NCBI GenBank assembly: GCA_001314815.1
Contig: LJXT01000001.1
Location: 7,301 to 71,300, forward strand
Reading direction: 5' to 3'
From: Algoriphagus marincola HL-49
GTDB taxonomy: Bacteria; Bacteroidota; Bacteroidia; Cytophagales; Cyclobacteriaceae
Length of the DNA: 64,000 nucleotides
Positions 17,567-29,044 of the stretch are shown here, piece after piece (position 1 is the stretch's first letter; the number at the start of each line of letters is the position of its first letter). Under the pieces are notes generated by a model. It searched no databases, was not told where the DNA came from, and was given only the letters and a program-made list of their open reading frames with translations. The position numbers and the translations under genes are program-made.

Positions 17567-17596
17567 AAAAGTCCAACCCTTCCGAGTTGGACTTTT
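17567..17596. terminator. Bidirectional intrinsic terminator (atpC / lipoprotein)
   Basis: AAAAGTCCAAC-8nt-GTTGGACTTTT with flanking A and T runs. Confidence 0.85.
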
Positions 17597-17616
17597 CTGT
17601 TTTTTATAGTTTTCGA

Positions 17617-17862
17617 TTAGCCGATGACTTTTTCGGCCAGTACCACGATCACATTGTTTTTCACTTCCACCACTCCGCCGTCCACGATCATGGATTGCTT
17701 TCCTTCCGATGTGGTAAAGGAAACAGTCCCTTTGGCCAAAGCAGATACGATCGGAGCGTGACTATTCAATACCTGAAATGCACCCGATGCTCCGGGGAAG
17801 CTCGCTTCAGATACTTCTCCTTCGAAGACTTTCTTATCCGGTGTGACAATTTCTAATTGCAT
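17617..17862 (-). CDS. atpC: ATP synthase F1 epsilon subunit (short Bacteroidota type)
   Basis: MQLEIVTPD, PGASGAFQVLNSHAPIVS, GGVVEV; follows atpD. Confidence 0.95.
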   Translation of the reverse strand: MQLEIVTPDKKVFEGEVSEASFPGASGAFQVLNSHAPIVSALAKGTVSFTTSEGKQSMIVDGGVVEVKNNVIVVLAEKVIG

Positions 17863-17945
17863 ATCTTTTTCGTTTGATATAAACACGAAAAATAATCGGG
17901 GCAGATCTAAATTCTTACCGATTACTTTTCATCATTTGCAAATTA

Positions 17946-19499
<1,554 letters not shown>

Positions 19500-19775
19500 T
19501 TAATCAATAAAGACTAATACCAAAGGATATTTGGAAAATTAATCCTTTCAAATTCAAAGACATTTAAAGCCATCGACTTTCAAGCCCCAAATGAAATTTC
19601 CTTTTTTTTCGGACACCTTATTATATAAAGCATACCCATTGATTCACCTTCCCACTCTTAGCTTTAGCCAAGTCCATTAACTGCTAACTTCTACTTAAGA
19701 GAAATTAGATCCCCTTGCAGGACAGGTAAATACATAAATAATTTTTGCTTTTTGATAAGAATAATCTATCATTTT

Positions 19776-19838
19776 TTATTTGGATTGAATCTAATTAGCA
19801 ATTACTTTTGGACCATTATTCAAATTCAATCTAAATAA
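19776..19838 (+). promoter_or_regulatory. hmu operon promoter with two Fur-box-like 11-1-11 palindromes
   Basis: -33 TTTG 19779-19782, -7 TACTTTTG 19803-19810. Palindromes TTATTTGGATT-G-AATCTAATTAG (19776-19798) and TTATTCAAATT-C-AATCTAAATAA (19816-19838). Confidence 0.7.
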
Positions 19839-20708
19839 ATGAGAAAGCTTTTCGCTTCTTTAATCGTACTGCTTGGGGTCATTTCGTGCGACAGCCCTCA
19901 AAATTCAGCAGAGACCACGGAGACTACACTCCCAAAAATCGTCACGGCTGGTGGCACCATCAGTGAAATTGTGGTTGGATTGGGCCTAGGAGACCAAATC
20001 ATCGCGACAGATCGCACTTCTACATTTCCCGCTTCTTTGCAGAGCCTTCCTAGTATTGGTTACCGAAACCAAATCAAAGCAGAGGGGATCCTTTCTTTGG
20101 GTCCCGATATGATTTTGGTGGAAGAGGGATACTTAAATGAAGAAGTCATAAGCCAAATTCAAAGCGTCTCTAAGATCAAATTGGAAGTCTTCCCAAAGAC
20201 GCAGTCTAAAGAACAAACCATTGCCCTAATCCAACAGATCGCTGCATTTTTTGAGATGGAAGAGCAAGGACAGGCAATGATTGCCGAACTCGAAAAAGAT
20301 CTCCAAAATCTGAATGATTTCCTTTCTAACTCACAGCCAAACGGTAAAGCCGCCTTTGTAATGGCTAGAGGACCTGAGTCTTTGTTCATCGCAGGTGATG
20401 GAAGTTTTTCTGAATCCATCTTCGGAATCGCTGGCGTGGAGCAAGTAGAAACAAATTTTGAAGATTTTGTGCCACTTACTCCCGAGGCTTTAATCAGCCT
20501 AAACCCTGATTATTTAGTCCTGTTCGAATCAGGACTTGAAAGCTTGGGCGGGAAGTCTGGTTTGACCAAAATACCCGGAATCACGGAAACGACCGCATTC
20601 CAAAAAGACCAAATTATCTCAATGGATGGACTTTACCTATCAGGATTCGGTCCTCGCATGGGAAAAGCAGCACTTGAACTCGCCAAGGCAACAAGAACGC
20701 AAGAATAG
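19839..20708 (+). CDS. hmuT: Heme ABC transporter substrate-binding protein
   Basis: Lipoprotein; IVTAGGTISE, SIGYRNQIKAEGILSL (heme-ligand Tyr motif of the ShuT/PhuT type), GFGPR. Confidence 0.88.
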   Translation: MRKLFASLIVLLGVISCDSPQNSAETTETTLPKIVTAGGTISEIVVGLGLGDQIIATDRTSTFPASLQSLPSIGYRNQIKAEGILSLGPDMILVEEGYLNEEVISQIQSVSKIKLEVFPKTQSKEQTIALIQQIAAFFEMEEQGQAMIAELEKDLQNLNDFLSNSQPNGKAAFVMARGPESLFIAGDGSFSESIFGIAGVEQVETNFEDFVPLTPEALISLNPDYLVLFESGLESLGGKSGLTKIPGITETTAFQKDQIISMDGLYLSGFGPRMGKAALELAKATRTQE

Positions 20709-21766
20709 TGATCGCCGGAATCCCCATATCGAAGAATTCTTATCAGGCATTAGTGCTTTCCGTCCTGGGAATAGCATTGGTTTTAATCATGCTGCTATCC
20801 CTGTCGCTTGGTGCCTATGCCATTCCTTTCTCTTCGGTTTTGGCTATTTTGGGTGAGCAATTTGGATTGAGTTTGGAAGGAGTGGATCGAAGTGCAGCCA
20901 ATGTTCTGCTGCAAATCAGACTTCCCCGAATCATCATCACGCTGTTAATAGGTGGTGGATTGGGCATAGCTGGTGCAGCTCTTCAGGGATTATTTAGAAA
21001 CCCACTGGTAGAGCCTGGATTGATCGGGGTCAGCAGCGGAAGCGCGCTCTTTGCGGTAGTTTTCATTGTGTTGGTTCCCGGTTTAGTCAGCGGTTCACTA
21101 ATCCAGAATCTGGGCATGCCATTATTTGCTTTCCTGGGCGGATTGACGCATGTGTGGGCTGTATATCAGTTGGCCAGAACTCAAGGAAGAACGGATACAG
21201 CCACCTTGATTTTAGCAGGTGTTGCCATCAATGCTTTGGCTGGAGCATTAATCGGTCTGACCTTGTTTTTTGCAGACGATTCTGCCTTGCGAAGTTTTAC
21301 TTTCTGGAGTTTGGGAGACTTGGGAGCTTCCTCCTGGGGTAAGTTTCCGGTAGCCATAGCTCTCATCGGCATTCCTTCGATCATGCTGATGCTCGAATAT
21401 AGAAATCTGAATGCGCTGTCGCTAGGCGAACGGGAAGCCTTTCACATGGGAATCTCCGTACAGCGGGTCAAAATAAAAACATTAATCCTATCCGCACTAA
21501 TCGTGGGCGTGGGGGTATCCCTTGCGGGAATGATAGGCTTCGTCGGGCTAGTCGTGCCACATTTGATACGAATTGGATTTGGAGCTAATCACCGCTTGGT
21601 ATTACCGGCCTCTTTTCTGCTGGGAGCAATTTTATTAAATGTAGCTGACCTTATGGCTAGAACCGTCGTGTCACCGGCAGAATTACCCATAGGAGTCTTG
21701 ACAGCTCTTATCGGTGCTCCTTTCTTTATTTATCTGATTTTCAAACTCAACAAAATTAACTCCTAA
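20708..21766 (+). CDS. hmuU: Heme ABC transporter permease (FecCD family)
   Basis: IRLPR, LQGLFRNPLVEP, GEREAFHMGI, IGFVGLVVPH, ELPIGVLT. Confidence 0.9.
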   Translation: MIAGIPISKNSYQALVLSVLGIALVLIMLLSLSLGAYAIPFSSVLAILGEQFGLSLEGVDRSAANVLLQIRLPRIIITLLIGGGLGIAGAALQGLFRNPLVEPGLIGVSSGSALFAVVFIVLVPGLVSGSLIQNLGMPLFAFLGGLTHVWAVYQLARTQGRTDTATLILAGVAINALAGALIGLTLFFADDSALRSFTFWSLGDLGASSWGKFPVAIALIGIPSIMLMLEYRNLNALSLGEREAFHMGISVQRVKIKTLILSALIVGVGVSLAGMIGFVGLVVPHLIRIGFGANHRLVLPASFLLGAILLNVADLMARTVVSPAELPIGVLTALIGAPFFIYLIFKLNKINS

Positions 21767-22575
21767 TGTTGCAAGCCGAGGACATTCACTTTTGTATCAG
21801 ACAGCGGCCTATCGTCAAGAAGGCAAGCATATCCGTCAACCCAGGTGAGATTCTGGCTGTCTTAGGTCCAAATGGTGCCGGAAAATCTACGCTTTTCAAA
21901 ATCCTTGCGGGAGAAATCTCCTGTACCCGAGGCCAAGTGGATTACAACGGCCAAAATCTAAAGGCACTCAAAACCCACCAATTGGCAAGTGTCCGTGCAG
22001 TGATGCCGCAGCATTCTACGGTAAGCTTCCCTTTCACCGCCAGAGAGGTGGTTGAATTAGGACTTCCCAAAGATTCTAAAAGAAACTCAGAGAGAAATAT
22101 CCGTGAAGTGATGGAGCTGACAAAAGTGGTTCACTTGGAAGACAGACTCTATCAGCAGCTTTCCGGAGGAGAAAAACAGCGAGTACAACTAGCGAGGGTA
22201 TTGATTCAGATTTGGGAGAAAAAGCCCTTCCCCCGCTACCTACTTTTGGACGAACCAACCTCGAGCTTGGACATTTCCCAGCAGCACATTGTCTTGGATA
22301 TTCTTAAAAAACTAAAATCTCAAAATATCGGCGTATTGATCGTACTGCATGACCTGAATCTAGCAGCACATTACGCAGATCGAATTGCCATCGTGAAGGA
22401 TGGGTTGATCGCAGGATTTGGCAAGGTGGAGGAAGTCTATTCAGAAACCCTCCTCTCCGAGGTTTTCGATCATCCGATCAGACTGGTCCGAGATCAGGAA
22501 ACACAGCAAATCCTCGTAAGCAGTAATTCCAAATTTCATTCAGATCTAAAAATCTCAAAACAAGCACAAGCATGA
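21766..22575 (+). CDS. hmuV: Heme ABC transporter ATP-binding protein
   Basis: GPNGAGKST, LSGGEKQRVQLARVLIQ, LLDEPTSSLD, HDLNLAA. Confidence 0.9.
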   Translation: MLQAEDIHFCIRQRPIVKKASISVNPGEILAVLGPNGAGKSTLFKILAGEISCTRGQVDYNGQNLKALKTHQLASVRAVMPQHSTVSFPFTAREVVELGLPKDSKRNSERNIREVMELTKVVHLEDRLYQQLSGGEKQRVQLARVLIQIWEKKPFPRYLLLDEPTSSLDISQQHIVLDILKKLKSQNIGVLIVLHDLNLAAHYADRIAIVKDGLIAGFGKVEEVYSETLLSEVFDHPIRLVRDQETQQILVSSNSKFHSDLKISKQAQA

Positions 22576-23618
22576 ATACCGCAATCGAAACTACCTCACT
22601 CAAGCAGGCCTGGACCAATCTAAAGGAACAAGAGCCAAAACTTCGAATTCGTGACGCTGCCAAAAAATTGGGCGTTTCAGAAGCTGAATTACTAGCAACA
22701 GGAATCGGTGAAAATGTGATCCGACTATCCGAGGACTTTGTGGAACAGCTTGAAAAATTTCCAAAGCTGGGTCGGGTAATGTCTTTGACACGAAATGAAG
22801 GCTGTGTTTTGGAGCATAAAGGGACTTTCCAAAAAATCGAGGTGCATCAGGCCGGACCTCAAAAAATCGCCACGGTGATCGGACCAATTGAGCAGCGGGT
22901 ATTCTTTAGCGGATGGAAATTTGGCTTTGCGGTAGTTTCAGAAACTCCACGTGGCCCGATGTTTAGTCTTCAGTATTTTGACAAAGCTGGTGATGCCGTC
23001 ATGAAGGTGTTTTTGCAGGAGGATTCTGATTTTGACTTCTCTGAAGAATTGGTCAAAGCACATACCCACGCTGATCAGTCCTCTGATTTGGCTACTGAGA
23101 CATTCGAAAAAGCGGAGTACGTGAGTAAAGGGGACTTGGACTTTGAAAGCTTCTCTTCCGATTGGGAAAACATGAAAGACACCCATGATTTCTTCGGAAT
23201 GCTTCGCAAATACAAATTGAACCGACTTAATGCGGTCGAGTGGATTGATGATCAGTGGGCTTATGAAGTGGGTCGGCTTTCTGTGAGAAGTGTATTGGAA
23301 ACTGCCTCTGACATCAAGCTTCCTATCATGATTTTCGCAGGAAATAAGGGGAATATTCAGATTCACCAAGGCAAGGTGAAGACCATCAAACAATTAGGAG
23401 ATTGGCTCAATGTCATGGATCCTGAATTTAATATGCACCTCAATGAATCCGTTGTGGACCGTGCCTTCGTAGTTCATAAAAATACGACTGAAGGATTGGT
23501 CTCTGCCTTAGAGCTTTTTGATACGGAAGGAGAAATGGTTGCTCAGTTCTTTGGATTGCGCAAACCTGGAATTCCTCAAAAGCCCGAATGGAAAGCAATT
23601 CTCGACAGTTTGAACTAA
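22572..23618 (+). CDS. hemS: Hemin-degrading/trafficking protein HemS/ChuS
   Basis: RIRDAAKKLGVSEAEL, TRNEGCVLEHKG, DTHDFFGML, QIHQG, QFFGLRKPG. Confidence 0.9.
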   Translation: MNTAIETTSLKQAWTNLKEQEPKLRIRDAAKKLGVSEAELLATGIGENVIRLSEDFVEQLEKFPKLGRVMSLTRNEGCVLEHKGTFQKIEVHQAGPQKIATVIGPIEQRVFFSGWKFGFAVVSETPRGPMFSLQYFDKAGDAVMKVFLQEDSDFDFSEELVKAHTHADQSSDLATETFEKAEYVSKGDLDFESFSSDWENMKDTHDFFGMLRKYKLNRLNAVEWIDDQWAYEVGRLSVRSVLETASDIKLPIMIFAGNKGNIQIHQGKVKTIKQLGDWLNVMDPEFNMHLNESVVDRAFVVHKNTTEGLVSALELFDTEGEMVAQFFGLRKPGIPQKPEWKAILDSLN

Positions 23619-23660
23619 ATCAAACAAGCGGAGTTGGACCTCCGCTTAAATTTTAAACCT

Positions 23661-25958
23661 ATGTTTAGAATTAATCTAATTAAAATTACAGCTATTTTTC
23701 TTCTAATTCCCCAACTTGTATTTGGAGCTTATCAAGAAGGGGAAAAGATTATTTTGGATGAAAAGGGAAATCCTATTCCATTTGCCCTAGTCAAAGTCGA
23801 TGGGCAAAAGCCTATGCAGGTGGATGAAAGTGGTCAGGTCATCTCCCCTTCTACAGGCGAACGGGTGATGATTTTTGCACTCGGCTATGAAACCCAGCAG
23901 CTTACTTGGGAAGAATGGCTGGCATCCGAAAAAATCATTCTTCATGAAAAATCCGGAAACCTCCAGGAGGTTGTGGTGGCAGCTACGCGAACTGAGCGAA
24001 GTGTGGAGGATCTTCCTATGCCGGTAACTGTCTTGAATACTGAGAAGATTCAGGAAACAGGCGGGATACGACTTTCGGAAATTTTGCAGGAGCAAACTGG
24101 CCTTCAAATCGCCTCAGACCATGGCGCAGGTTTGCAGATGCAAGGGCTTGACTCTGATTACATTTTAATTCTACTAGACGGCGAGCCATTGATTGGTCGT
24201 ACAGCAGGCACCTTTGATCTGGACCGCATATCTGTCTCCAATATTGAGCGAATCGAGATTCTTCGCGGACCTTCCAGTGCGATTTATGGGAGTGAAGCCA
24301 TGGCCGGGGTAGTGAATATCATTACCAAAAATAATTCGGGTCAGCCCAAAGCTGATATCGCTCTTCGTCATCGATCATTTAACAGCTGGAACCCATCCTT
24401 GGAACTAGGAACAGGAGGCGAAATGTGGGATGCCAATGTATTTTTGGATCACTTCCAAACGGATGGTTTTGACCTGACTCCAGAAACCATCGGACAAACG
24501 CAAAACCCTTACAAAGCAACCACTGCTCAGGTGAAAATCAATGGAAACCTGGCTCCAAAATGGGATTTGAGCCTATTTGCAAGAGGCTATTCAGAAACTT
24601 CAGATGGTCTGATGCAAACAGGTGGCGCAGCTAATCCTGAGCTTTTGGAAATGGACAATGCCCGCCGGGATATCAACCTCAACCCTACTCTTCGATTCAA
24701 GCCCAATGAAAAGTGGCTTTTTACACTCAGAGGGATGAGCTCATGGTTTAGTACAAACTCAAACACCCGATTTCAATCCAGCGGAGAAGTTTTCGATTTG
24801 CAGGATTTCCAGCAGTTTTATCATCGAACCGAACTTCAGACAGACTATCAAATCAAACCCAATCAGCTCTTGACACTAGGTTTGGGGCAGTTGATCGAGA
24901 CGGTAGAAGCGACTCGTTACGATGATTTGAATCGTTTCGATGCAGGCTACTTTTTCCTTCAGCATCAGTGGGACCCAGGGCAGCGGGTGAATGTAGTCTC
25001 CGGTCTACGAGCCGACTTCCATAGCCAATATGGCAATCGACTCAGCCCAAAAGTTTCTGGGCAGTACAAGATTTCTGAAAAACTCAGTTGGCAGGCATCC
25101 TTCGGGGCAGGTTTCAAAGCCCCAGATTTCCGCCAACTTCTTTTAAACTTCAACAATGCTGCTTCGGGATACTATGTCTTTGGAGCCACTTTAGCACAAG
25201 AGGGAATAGCCCGCCTGCAGGAGCAAGGCTTGGTGGCCCAAATTTTATTCGACCCATCTACCTTCGGTGATTTGCAGGCTGAGACTTCATGGGCTTTCAA
25301 TACAGGTTTTCGATGGAAAGCCAGCCAAAGAGCCAGCCTGCAGGTAAACGCCTTCAGAAATGCCATTGACAATCTGATTGAAACGGCGCCAATTGCACAG
25401 CTAAACACGGGACAGAACGCATTCTCTTATTTCAACGTGCGAAGCGTAATCACCCAGGGAGTAGAAGTAGACGCCTCTTTTCAAGTACTTGAAAATCTAT
25501 CCCTAAGCGCAGGTTATGCCTTTTTGGATACTCGTGATTTGGATGTGGTGGATCGAATCGAAAATGGTGAAGTTTTCAAACGAAATAGCCAAAATCAAAC
25601 CCGAAGAGTCACTCTGGAAGATTACGGGGGCCTGTTCAACCGAAGTCGCCACAGCGGAAACTTCAAGATTAACTACCGGGAATTAAATACCGGAATTGAC
25701 TGGGCCTTGCGTGCCATATACCGAGGAAAGTTTGGCTTTGCTGACCGCAATGGTAACCTCATCCTAGACGATGAGAGCGAGTATGCTGATGGTTGGGTTT
25801 CGGTCAATCTTACTGCCTCCAAAACCCTTTCGAACGGAATATTCTTCGAAGCAGGCGGAACCAATCTATTGAATACCGCCACTCCAGCACAACCCAATAA
25901 TCCCGGCCGAGTGCTTTTCCTTGGTGTCAAAATTCCAGTAATAAACCTTATAAATTAA
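23661..25958 (+). CDS. TonB-dependent receptor (HmuR-like)
   Basis: Plug LQEVVVAATR, IERIEILRGPSSAIYGSEAMAGVVNIIT, GAGFKAPDFRQL; lies between hemS and hmuY. Confidence 0.9.
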   Translation: MFRINLIKITAIFLLIPQLVFGAYQEGEKIILDEKGNPIPFALVKVDGQKPMQVDESGQVISPSTGERVMIFALGYETQQLTWEEWLASEKIILHEKSGNLQEVVVAATRTERSVEDLPMPVTVLNTEKIQETGGIRLSEILQEQTGLQIASDHGAGLQMQGLDSDYILILLDGEPLIGRTAGTFDLDRISVSNIERIEILRGPSSAIYGSEAMAGVVNIITKNNSGQPKADIALRHRSFNSWNPSLELGTGGEMWDANVFLDHFQTDGFDLTPETIGQTQNPYKATTAQVKINGNLAPKWDLSLFARGYSETSDGLMQTGGAANPELLEMDNARRDINLNPTLRFKPNEKWLFTLRGMSSWFSTNSNTRFQSSGEVFDLQDFQQFYHRTELQTDYQIKPNQLLTLGLGQLIETVEATRYDDLNRFDAGYFFLQHQWDPGQRVNVVSGLRADFHSQYGNRLSPKVSGQYKISEKLSWQASFGAGFKAPDFRQLLLNFNNAASGYYVFGATLAQEGIARLQEQGLVAQILFDPSTFGDLQAETSWAFNTGFRWKASQRASLQVNAFRNAIDNLIETAPIAQLNTGQNAFSYFNVRSVITQGVEVDASFQVLENLSLSAGYAFLDTRDLDVVDRIENGEVFKRNSQNQTRRVTLEDYGGLFNRSRHSGNFKINYRELNTGIDWALRAIYRGKFGFADRNGNLILDDESEYADGWVSVNLTASKTLSNGIFFEAGGTNLLNTATPAQPNNPGRVLFLGVKIPVINLIN

Positions 25959-25982
25959 TTAAATAAAATCGAGTAAACACAC

Positions 25983-26591
25983 ATGAAAACTATTCAAAAA
26001 CTCCTCTTTACAGCAGCTATTTCAGGCTTCCTGTTTTCTTGCGATAGCAATGATGATCCTTTACCAATTGTACCACTTGAAGCCATTTTGGTCGAAGACC
26101 TGGCAGCACCCAATGACGTCATCGACAGGAATACCGGTGAAGTGACTGAAGAGCGACCTTTCCAGTTTTTCAGCCTAGAACAGAATGCCCTAGTGTCTGA
26201 AAACGAGGATTGGGACCTAGCTTTCAAAGGAACGACCATTCGGGTTAACAGCAGTAAGAATGTAAGTGCGGCTGTGGTCAATGGTATCTTTGAAGAAATC
26301 ACCGAAGTGCCTGCAAACGCCACTTTTGCTACCGACACAGAGTCTAGTTTTGCGATCCCTACGGGAAGTGGCAACGGTTGGTACAACTACAATTCGGCTA
26401 CTTTTACAGTCACGCCGATTCCCGGTCGTGTCATCTTAGTCCAAACGACTGAAGGGAACTACAGCAAAATCGAAATTCTCAGCTATTACAAAGGGAACCC
26501 ACCCGTTGATCAAATTGACCCGAGAAGTACTCCAAGCGGTCATTACACTTTCCGATATGTCTTGAGACCTGACGGTACAAGTGATTTCTAA
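25983..26591 (+). CDS. hmuY: HmuY family lipoprotein
   Basis: Lipobox LFSC, FFSLE, WDLAF, GNGWYNY, PIPGRVILVQT..G.YSKIEILSYY, G.YTFRY. Confidence 0.88.
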   Translation: MKTIQKLLFTAAISGFLFSCDSNDDPLPIVPLEAILVEDLAAPNDVIDRNTGEVTEERPFQFFSLEQNALVSENEDWDLAFKGTTIRVNSSKNVSAAVVNGIFEEITEVPANATFATDTESSFAIPTGSGNGWYNYNSATFTVTPIPGRVILVQTTEGNYSKIEILSYYKGNPPVDQIDPRSTPSGHYTFRYVLRPDGTSDF

Positions 26592-26615
26592 TTTTAATTT
26601 CATGGGGCTAATTGT

Positions 26616-26644
26616 AAAAAGGAGCGCTTCGGCGCTCTTTTTTT
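26616..26644. terminator. Intrinsic terminator of the hmu operon (likely bidirectional)
   Basis: GAGCGC-TTCG-GCGCTC followed by T7 and preceded by A5. Confidence 0.9.
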
Positions 26645-27140
26645 ATTCCAGCAATCTTCTTGCAAATAAAAAAGCCTTGTTCCAATAGCGATTGCTCAGA
26701 TAATCCTCCGATACCCCGAGTGAAGTAGATGCATGGATAAAACGAATATCTCCCTTATTCACTTCCGTGACGATTCCTGCGTGTGTCACTCTTTTTTTCC
26801 GCCTGCTTGTTGCAAAAAATAACACATCCCCGGGTTTTAAGTCTCTGGTATTGACCTTTACTCCTTGCTTGGCCTGATCTGCCGACATGCGAGGCAAATT
26901 GACCCCCACTGAATAAAATGAATGAAATAGTAAGGCCGAACAATCCATTCCCGCCCTCGTGGTCCCGCCAAACTTGTAGGGCGTACCATAATAGGACTTT
27001 GCTGTACTGATGACCTTGAAAGCCGGGTCATCTTTTGCTACTTTTGAAGACTTGCAGGAGGCAAATACAAAAACGAATAAAAAAAGTAAGGCCCAATTGA
27101 TTCCGAGGCGATTCTGAATAGAAAAATTCCGATAGTTCAT
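26643..27140 (-). CDS. NlpC/P60 (C40) peptidase lipoprotein
   Basis: YYGTPYKFGG..GMDCSAL, DLKPGDVLFF, HAGIV, FIHAS. Start at MNYRNF. Confidence 0.92.
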   Translation of the reverse strand: MNYRNFSIQNRLGINWALLFLFVFVFASCKSSKVAKDDPAFKVISTAKSYYGTPYKFGGTTRAGMDCSALLFHSFYSVGVNLPRMSADQAKQGVKVNTRDLKPGDVLFFATSRRKKRVTHAGIVTEVNKGDIRFIHASTSLGVSEDYLSNRYWNKAFLFARRLLE

Positions 27141-27251
27141 GGAACCAATTTTAAAGACTAATCCTTTGTGATGCAATGCTTTTTCAGAAATATTATCGAA
27201 TAGAAATCGCAATCTGATTAGAAGGATGTTACGTGACATGCATCACCAAAA

Positions 27252-27277
27252 CTGACTTTTGTCAGGTTTTACCTTTG
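27252..27277 (+). promoter_or_regulatory. Promoter -7 TACCTTTG (27270-27277) preceded by the palindrome CTGAC-TTTT-GTCAG
   Basis: Seen directly upstream of the MBL/rhodanese gene. Confidence 0.55.
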
Positions 27278-27307
27278 TGGTATCAATTCAGAAAAAACTT
27301 ATACAAC

Positions 27308-28654
27308 ATGAATATCCAACAATTTTATGACGAAGGCTTGGCACATGCCAGCTATGCCATTTTAAGTGAAGGAAAAGTAGCACTCGTAGACCCAGGGAGA
27401 AATCCTCAGCAGTACTACGATTTTGCGGAAGCAAATAATGCAAAAATCGTTGCGGTTATCGAAACGCACCCGCATGCTGACTTCGTAAGTTCTCACCTTG
27501 AATTTCATCAAAATGAGGATGCAACAATCTATGTTTCTAAGCTTGTAGGAGCAGAATACCCACATACAGGATTTGATGAGGGAGATTCTTTTCAGATGGG
27601 TAAGGTTACTTTCCATTCCATTCATACCCCAGGTCACTCTCCAGATTCTATCAGTATCCTATTGAAAGATGAGAATGGAAAGGACCATGCATTATTCTCT
27701 GGAGACACCCTTTTCATCGGAGACGTAGGACGACCTGACTTGCGTGAAAAAGCCGGAAACATGAAAGCTCAGCGTGAGGAATTGGCGAAAATGATGTTCC
27801 ACACGGTACAAGACAAATTGAAGCCTTTGGCGGATGATGTCATTGTTTATCCAGCACACGGTGCAGGTTCGCTTTGTGGTAAAAACCTCAGTGATGCCCG
27901 TCAGTCAACCATCGGTGAGCAGCGAGCAACTAACTGGGCATTTGGAGATGTAGACGAGCAAACTTTTGTGAGTTCTCTTCTAGAAGGACAACCGCACATC
28001 CCAAAATACTTTGGCTACGATGTAGATATGAACAAAAAAGGTGCTCCTGCCTATCAGCGATCAATTTCTCAGGTGAGCATTTGGCCAGCAGGTTCTGCCA
28101 TTCCAGAGGGAGCCTTGGTTATTGATAGCCGCGAGCAGGACAAGTTCCGTGCAGGACACGTACCAGGAGCCATCAATATCATGAATGGTGGAAAATTTGA
28201 AACTTGGTTGGGATCCATCGTAGGACCTGAGGAGAAATTCTTCCTCGTAGCAGATACAGAAGCTGAGTTGGAGATTTTGATTTTCAAAGCTGCAAAAATC
28301 GGCTACGAGCAATTGATCAAAGGCGCCGTAGTCAATCCAGCAGGAATGAATGCCACCGGAGAAGAATTTGATGTAGAAGCATTCAAAGCGAATCCAGATG
28401 CCTATACCATCGTGGATATCCGAAGTGCGGACGAGCACAAAAACACTCCGATTTTCGAGTCTAGTATCAATATTCCTCTTCATGAATTGCGTGAGCGAGC
28501 CAATGAAATCCCAGCTGATAAGCCAGTTTTGGTACACTGTGCAGGTGGATATCGCTCGGCTGCCGGCTCAAGCATTGTATCGAGTGAAATGAATAATTCA
28601 GAAGTATTGGACTTTAGTGAGGCTATCAAGGACTTCCAGGAAGAAGTTCACTAA
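27308..28654 (+). CDS. MBL-fold persulfide dioxygenase-rhodanese fusion (CstB/Blh-like)
   Basis: THPHADFVSSH, TPGHSP, GDTLFIGDVGRPDL, PAHGAGSLCGK, two rhodanese domains (HCAGGYRS). Confidence 0.9.
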   Translation: MNIQQFYDEGLAHASYAILSEGKVALVDPGRNPQQYYDFAEANNAKIVAVIETHPHADFVSSHLEFHQNEDATIYVSKLVGAEYPHTGFDEGDSFQMGKVTFHSIHTPGHSPDSISILLKDENGKDHALFSGDTLFIGDVGRPDLREKAGNMKAQREELAKMMFHTVQDKLKPLADDVIVYPAHGAGSLCGKNLSDARQSTIGEQRATNWAFGDVDEQTFVSSLLEGQPHIPKYFGYDVDMNKKGAPAYQRSISQVSIWPAGSAIPEGALVIDSREQDKFRAGHVPGAINIMNGGKFETWLGSIVGPEEKFFLVADTEAELEILIFKAAKIGYEQLIKGAVVNPAGMNATGEEFDVEAFKANPDAYTIVDIRSADEHKNTPIFESSINIPLHELRERANEIPADKPVLVHCAGGYRSAAGSSIVSSEMNNSEVLDFSEAIKDFQEEVH

Positions 28655-28676
28655 GCGGAAAACAAAACCGACAATC

Positions 28677-28708
28677 AAAGCCCCAAGAATAAAATCTTGG
28701 GGCTTTTT
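28677..28708 (+). terminator. Intrinsic terminator
   Basis: AAAGCCCCAAGA-6nt-TCTTGGGGCTTT followed by T residues. Confidence 0.88.
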
Positions 28709-28798
28709 GCTTTTAGAATATTTCACGGACTAATTCAAAAAATCACGCATTCCCCGAACCATTTTGATTAATTTGGAGTCAGAAGTAAAAACAAGTTC

Positions 28799-29041
28799 AT
28801 GAGCCGAGAAGAATTCAGCGATATGCCTCTCCACCAAAAAATCAAGACCCTCTATCTAGAGGGTACCTTCGTGGTGGCTATTCGCTACTACCGGCACAAG
28901 GTGAATCTGTATCTGTTGGAAAATGATTACGTTGAGGTTTTTTACAATCACAAGGAAGACAAGATTGATAAAATCGACTTTTTACCCCGGGACCACAGCC
29001 GGATGAAATTTTATCTTGATCAGATTAAATTAGTAAATTGA
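28799..29041 (+). CDS. Small hypothetical protein, 80 aa
   Basis: Protein-like pattern (LYLL...YVEVFY...KI..I...YLDQIKL) that I recall from small Bacteroidota proteins. Confidence 0.75.
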   Translation: MSREEFSDMPLHQKIKTLYLEGTFVVAIRYYRHKVNLYLLENDYVEVFYNHKEDKIDKIDFLPRDHSRMKFYLDQIKLVN

Positions 29042-29044
29042 GCT

